DNA of 64,000 nt from an uncultured Prevotella sp. (GTDB lineage Bacteria; Bacteroidota; Bacteroidia; Bacteroidales; Bacteroidaceae). The notes under the pieces were generated by a model. That model was given only the letters and a program-made list of their open reading frames with translations, was not told the origin of the DNA and did no database searches. This document shows, one piece after another, positions 61,698 to 64,000 of this stretch. A program made the position numbers and the translations under genes. Each line of letters starts with the position of its first letter. The stretch's first letter is position 1. The stretch lies in the NCBI GenBank assembly GCA_946624005.1, contig CAMORS010000004.1:3839-67838 (forward strand), given 5' to 3'.

Positions 61698-62300
61698 ATG
61701 AATGTGCAAACGACTTTATATTCTATAGGTCACGGACAGAAACTATTAGAGGAGTTTTATAAGGAACTCACTTCTTTTGGTATTCAATATGTTATAGATG
61801 TTCGTAGTAGTCCTTTTTCTAAGTGGGCACCTCAGTATAATCAGAGGGAGATTGCTCACTTTTTGAAGATTAATGGTATTGTTTATGCGTATATGGGAAA
61901 TACAATCGGAGGAAGGCCTATTAATGATTATTGCTACGATATTGAGGGACATTTCGATTATGAAAAGATGGCGCAAGAACCATCCTTTAAAGAGGGACTG
62001 CTAAGATTGGTCAAAGCGAATGAGCAAGAGTTCAACGTTGCTGTGATGTGCAGTGAGTCTGACCCTTCGCAGTGCCATAGGAGCAAACTTATTGGGCGAG
62101 AATTGTACGAGAATTACCATATCAACATGAAGCATATTATTTCGCAGGGAGAGTTTTTAGACGAGGTTCATGTGATAATGGAACTTACAAAAGGGCAATG
62201 GACTCCACCCGAAATGAGTCTTTTCCAATATCCCATGCCTTATTTCAAATCAAGGAAAGTATACAAAGAAGAAACAGAAGAAGTATTGGCTTATGATTAA
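61698..62300 (+). CDS. DUF488 family protein
   Basis: YSIGHG, IDVRSSPFS, IGGRP, MCSESDPSQCHRS. Confidence 0.88.
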   Translation: MNVQTTLYSIGHGQKLLEEFYKELTSFGIQYVIDVRSSPFSKWAPQYNQREIAHFLKINGIVYAYMGNTIGGRPINDYCYDIEGHFDYEKMAQEPSFKEGLLRLVKANEQEFNVAVMCSESDPSQCHRSKLIGRELYENYHINMKHIISQGEFLDEVHVIMELTKGQWTPPEMSLFQYPMPYFKSRKVYKEETEEVLAYD

Positions 62301-62775
62301 CGTTTTTACAATTGGTGTTTACAATTCCACGGAATACAGTTTTTTTGGCAAACTAACGAAGAATCACATAGATATGTTTTGTGACATTCGTCAGCGGAGG
62401 GGGGTAAGAGGCTCTCTCTATCGCTATGTAAATAGTAATTATTTACAAGCGAAATTGAAAGAGTTAGGCATAAACTACACTTACATCAAAGAACTGGCTC
62501 CCACTTCTGAAATACGTCAAAAGCAAAAGGATGCCGATAAAATAAATAACGAAACTAAAAAGCAAAGGACATCGTTAGGAGAAGTGTTTGTCGAAGAATA
62601 CAATTCGCAAATATTATCTCATTTCGACATGAAGAATCTTGTAGCATCCTTGGAGAAGACTGGAGCAAAAAATATAGTTTTCTTCTGCGTAGAAGAACAT
62701 GCAAGTGCTTGTCATCGTTCGTTGGTAGCGAAGGAAATCAGTAAACTTTACGGTAACAATATAACAGACCTTTAA
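62293..62775 (+). CDS. Second, divergent DUF488 family protein
   Basis: FTIGVY, CDIRQRR, ELAPT, FCVEEHASACHRS; 8-bp overlap with the upstream gene. Confidence 0.85.
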   Translation: MINVFTIGVYNSTEYSFFGKLTKNHIDMFCDIRQRRGVRGSLYRYVNSNYLQAKLKELGINYTYIKELAPTSEIRQKQKDADKINNETKKQRTSLGEVFVEEYNSQILSHFDMKNLVASLEKTGAKNIVFFCVEEHASACHRSLVAKEISKLYGNNITDL

Positions 62776-62777
62776 AT

Positions 62778-63386
62778 ATGGCAACGGTTCTAATAGTCTC
62801 TAAAACACAAATGAGAAATGGTGTGTGCGTCGGTGGAATTAACGAGGACACCCATGAATTGATTCGCATCCATAATGACCGTGGCGGTAACCTTACTTCA
62901 GATGCTCCTTATGAAATTGGCGACAGATGGAGAATGAGCGTTGAGACCGCATGGAATGTACGCTCGGCTCCTCATACCGAAGATAAGCAGACAACACCAT
63001 TTGGGAAAATCGGTAATGTGGGAATACAAGGAATTAAAGATTACGTATTCCGAAACATAGGTCTGCTTCGTATTGCAAGAGGTAGTATAGCCAATGCCTT
63101 TCAAGGAACGTTGCATTTTGTTGGAACCAAAAACTATGTCAATCGCGCTAATGTTCCATCTTACAGCACTGAATTTTGGATAGCAGACAAAGATTTGACG
63201 CATTCCATTCAATTCGAAAAGCATTATTACTATTACGACAATGTGCGTATTAAATTTGTCGGATTTCAGACTCCAGTAAACAGAATTCCTGCAGGAACAA
63301 TCATTCGCTTGTCGTTGGCTAATTGGTGGGATGACGGCAGCGGAGAGGAAAGATGTTATCTCCAGCTGTCTGGCTGGTATTTATAG
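62778..63386 (+). CDS. Dual-OB-fold-like hypothetical protein
   Basis: IVSKT..GVCVGGI..LIR, PHTED, IRLSLA.W..CY..LSG; beta-rich; 2 bp after the DUF488 stop. Confidence 0.65.
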   Translation: MATVLIVSKTQMRNGVCVGGINEDTHELIRIHNDRGGNLTSDAPYEIGDRWRMSVETAWNVRSAPHTEDKQTTPFGKIGNVGIQGIKDYVFRNIGLLRIARGSIANAFQGTLHFVGTKNYVNRANVPSYSTEFWIADKDLTHSIQFEKHYYYYDNVRIKFVGFQTPVNRIPAGTIIRLSLANWWDDGSGEERCYLQLSGWYL

Positions 63387-63427
63387 CATCTGAAACTGTA
63401 AAAACAGCATTAACTTGCTAATAAAGC

Positions 63428-63471
63428 CTAAAAAATCGCATACTGATGATACGCCGTATGCGATTTTTTAG
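63428..63471. terminator. Bidirectional intrinsic terminator
   Basis: Perfect 16-bp inverted repeat CTAAAAAATCGCATAC/GTATGCGATTTTTTAG. Confidence 0.8.
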
Positions 63472-63496
63472 TAACTTCGCGATTGGCAAATGAATG

Positions 63497-63638
63497 AAAT
63501 GAGTGATTTGAAGCACAACGAAAAATGAAGACGGAAAAAATGAATCATTTTAAGCCCGATGAAAAATAAAAATGGCTGAAATGAGCAATTTAAGCCCCAA
63601 TGAAAATTGAAAATGGATAAAATGAATCATTTCGAGCG
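63497..63638. repeat. Degenerate 41-bp tandem repeat, about 3.5 copies
   Basis: AAATGA..(C/G)ATTT.AAGC units starting at 63497, 63538, 63579, 63620. Confidence 0.75.
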
Positions 63639-63726
63639 TTTTCTATATTGAATGGAGCAAAAACGGACGGTTTTAGGTGAAATGAAAAATTAAACGAAGG
63701 TTTAACGATTAAAAATATTAGCGATT

Positions 63727-64000
63727 ATGACGAAATTTACAGAAAAGGCATTGACGGGATTCCCCATGGCGTTCTGTTACGCTGTCATGAAGGCGATGGA
63801 CGACCGCACGGCGGCGGTGGAGGCGACGCTGGAGCGATTCCTGGCGATGGAGACCGAGTTTCACAGGCTGTTTACGGCGTTTGACGTGGCTTACAAGTAA
63901 TCGGCTTGCCGCTTCGCTCGTCGAAGAACTCGATGAAGAGCCAGTTGAGCGACACTATCAAGCAGAAGGACGACGAGCGTGACCATATCGCATACGTAAT
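63727..64000 (+). pseudogene. DUF6261-like gene interrupted by a stop and frameshift; runs off the window
   Basis: MTKFTE...AFDVAYK* then, 29 nt later in another frame, NSMKSQLSDTIKQKDDERD. Confidence 0.5.

Noticed and set aside
1..64000. tRNA, rRNA, integrase or prophage genes
   Set aside because: None recognised by eye; tRNAscan/Infernal would be needed to exclude them formally

Overview
Bacteroidetes chromosomal window, most likely Prevotella-like (TAnnTTTG promoters, SusC/D genes, T9SS-type C-termini). It contains the 3' part of a fructan/levan PUL (SusC, SusD, SusE-like lipoprotein, two GH32) and housekeeping genes (rpoN, purE, ispG, rnr, miaB, MsbA-like ABC transporter, ychF, lgt, dapB, lepB, WbqC-like). 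Secreted and accessory genes include an orphan SusD-SusE/F fusion with a T9SS-like tail, tandem C10 peptidases (one disrupted), an Omp28-like protein, a VTC/DUF4956/DUF2490 operon, two rhamnosidase fusions (GH78-GH106 and GH78-GDPD) and a PL9-like lyase. A RAYT transposase sits between its GTAG-REPs. At the right end is a repeat-rich junction, a probable type III restriction Res remnant, and an AT-rich three-gene operon (DUF488, DUF488, dual-OB-like protein), which is the best candidate for an uncharacterised defence or nucleic-acid system. Several short repeat families (REPs and 7-8 bp periodic modules) recur both between genes and inserted in frame inside unrelated proteins. All family calls come from motif recognition by eye; no database searches were run.
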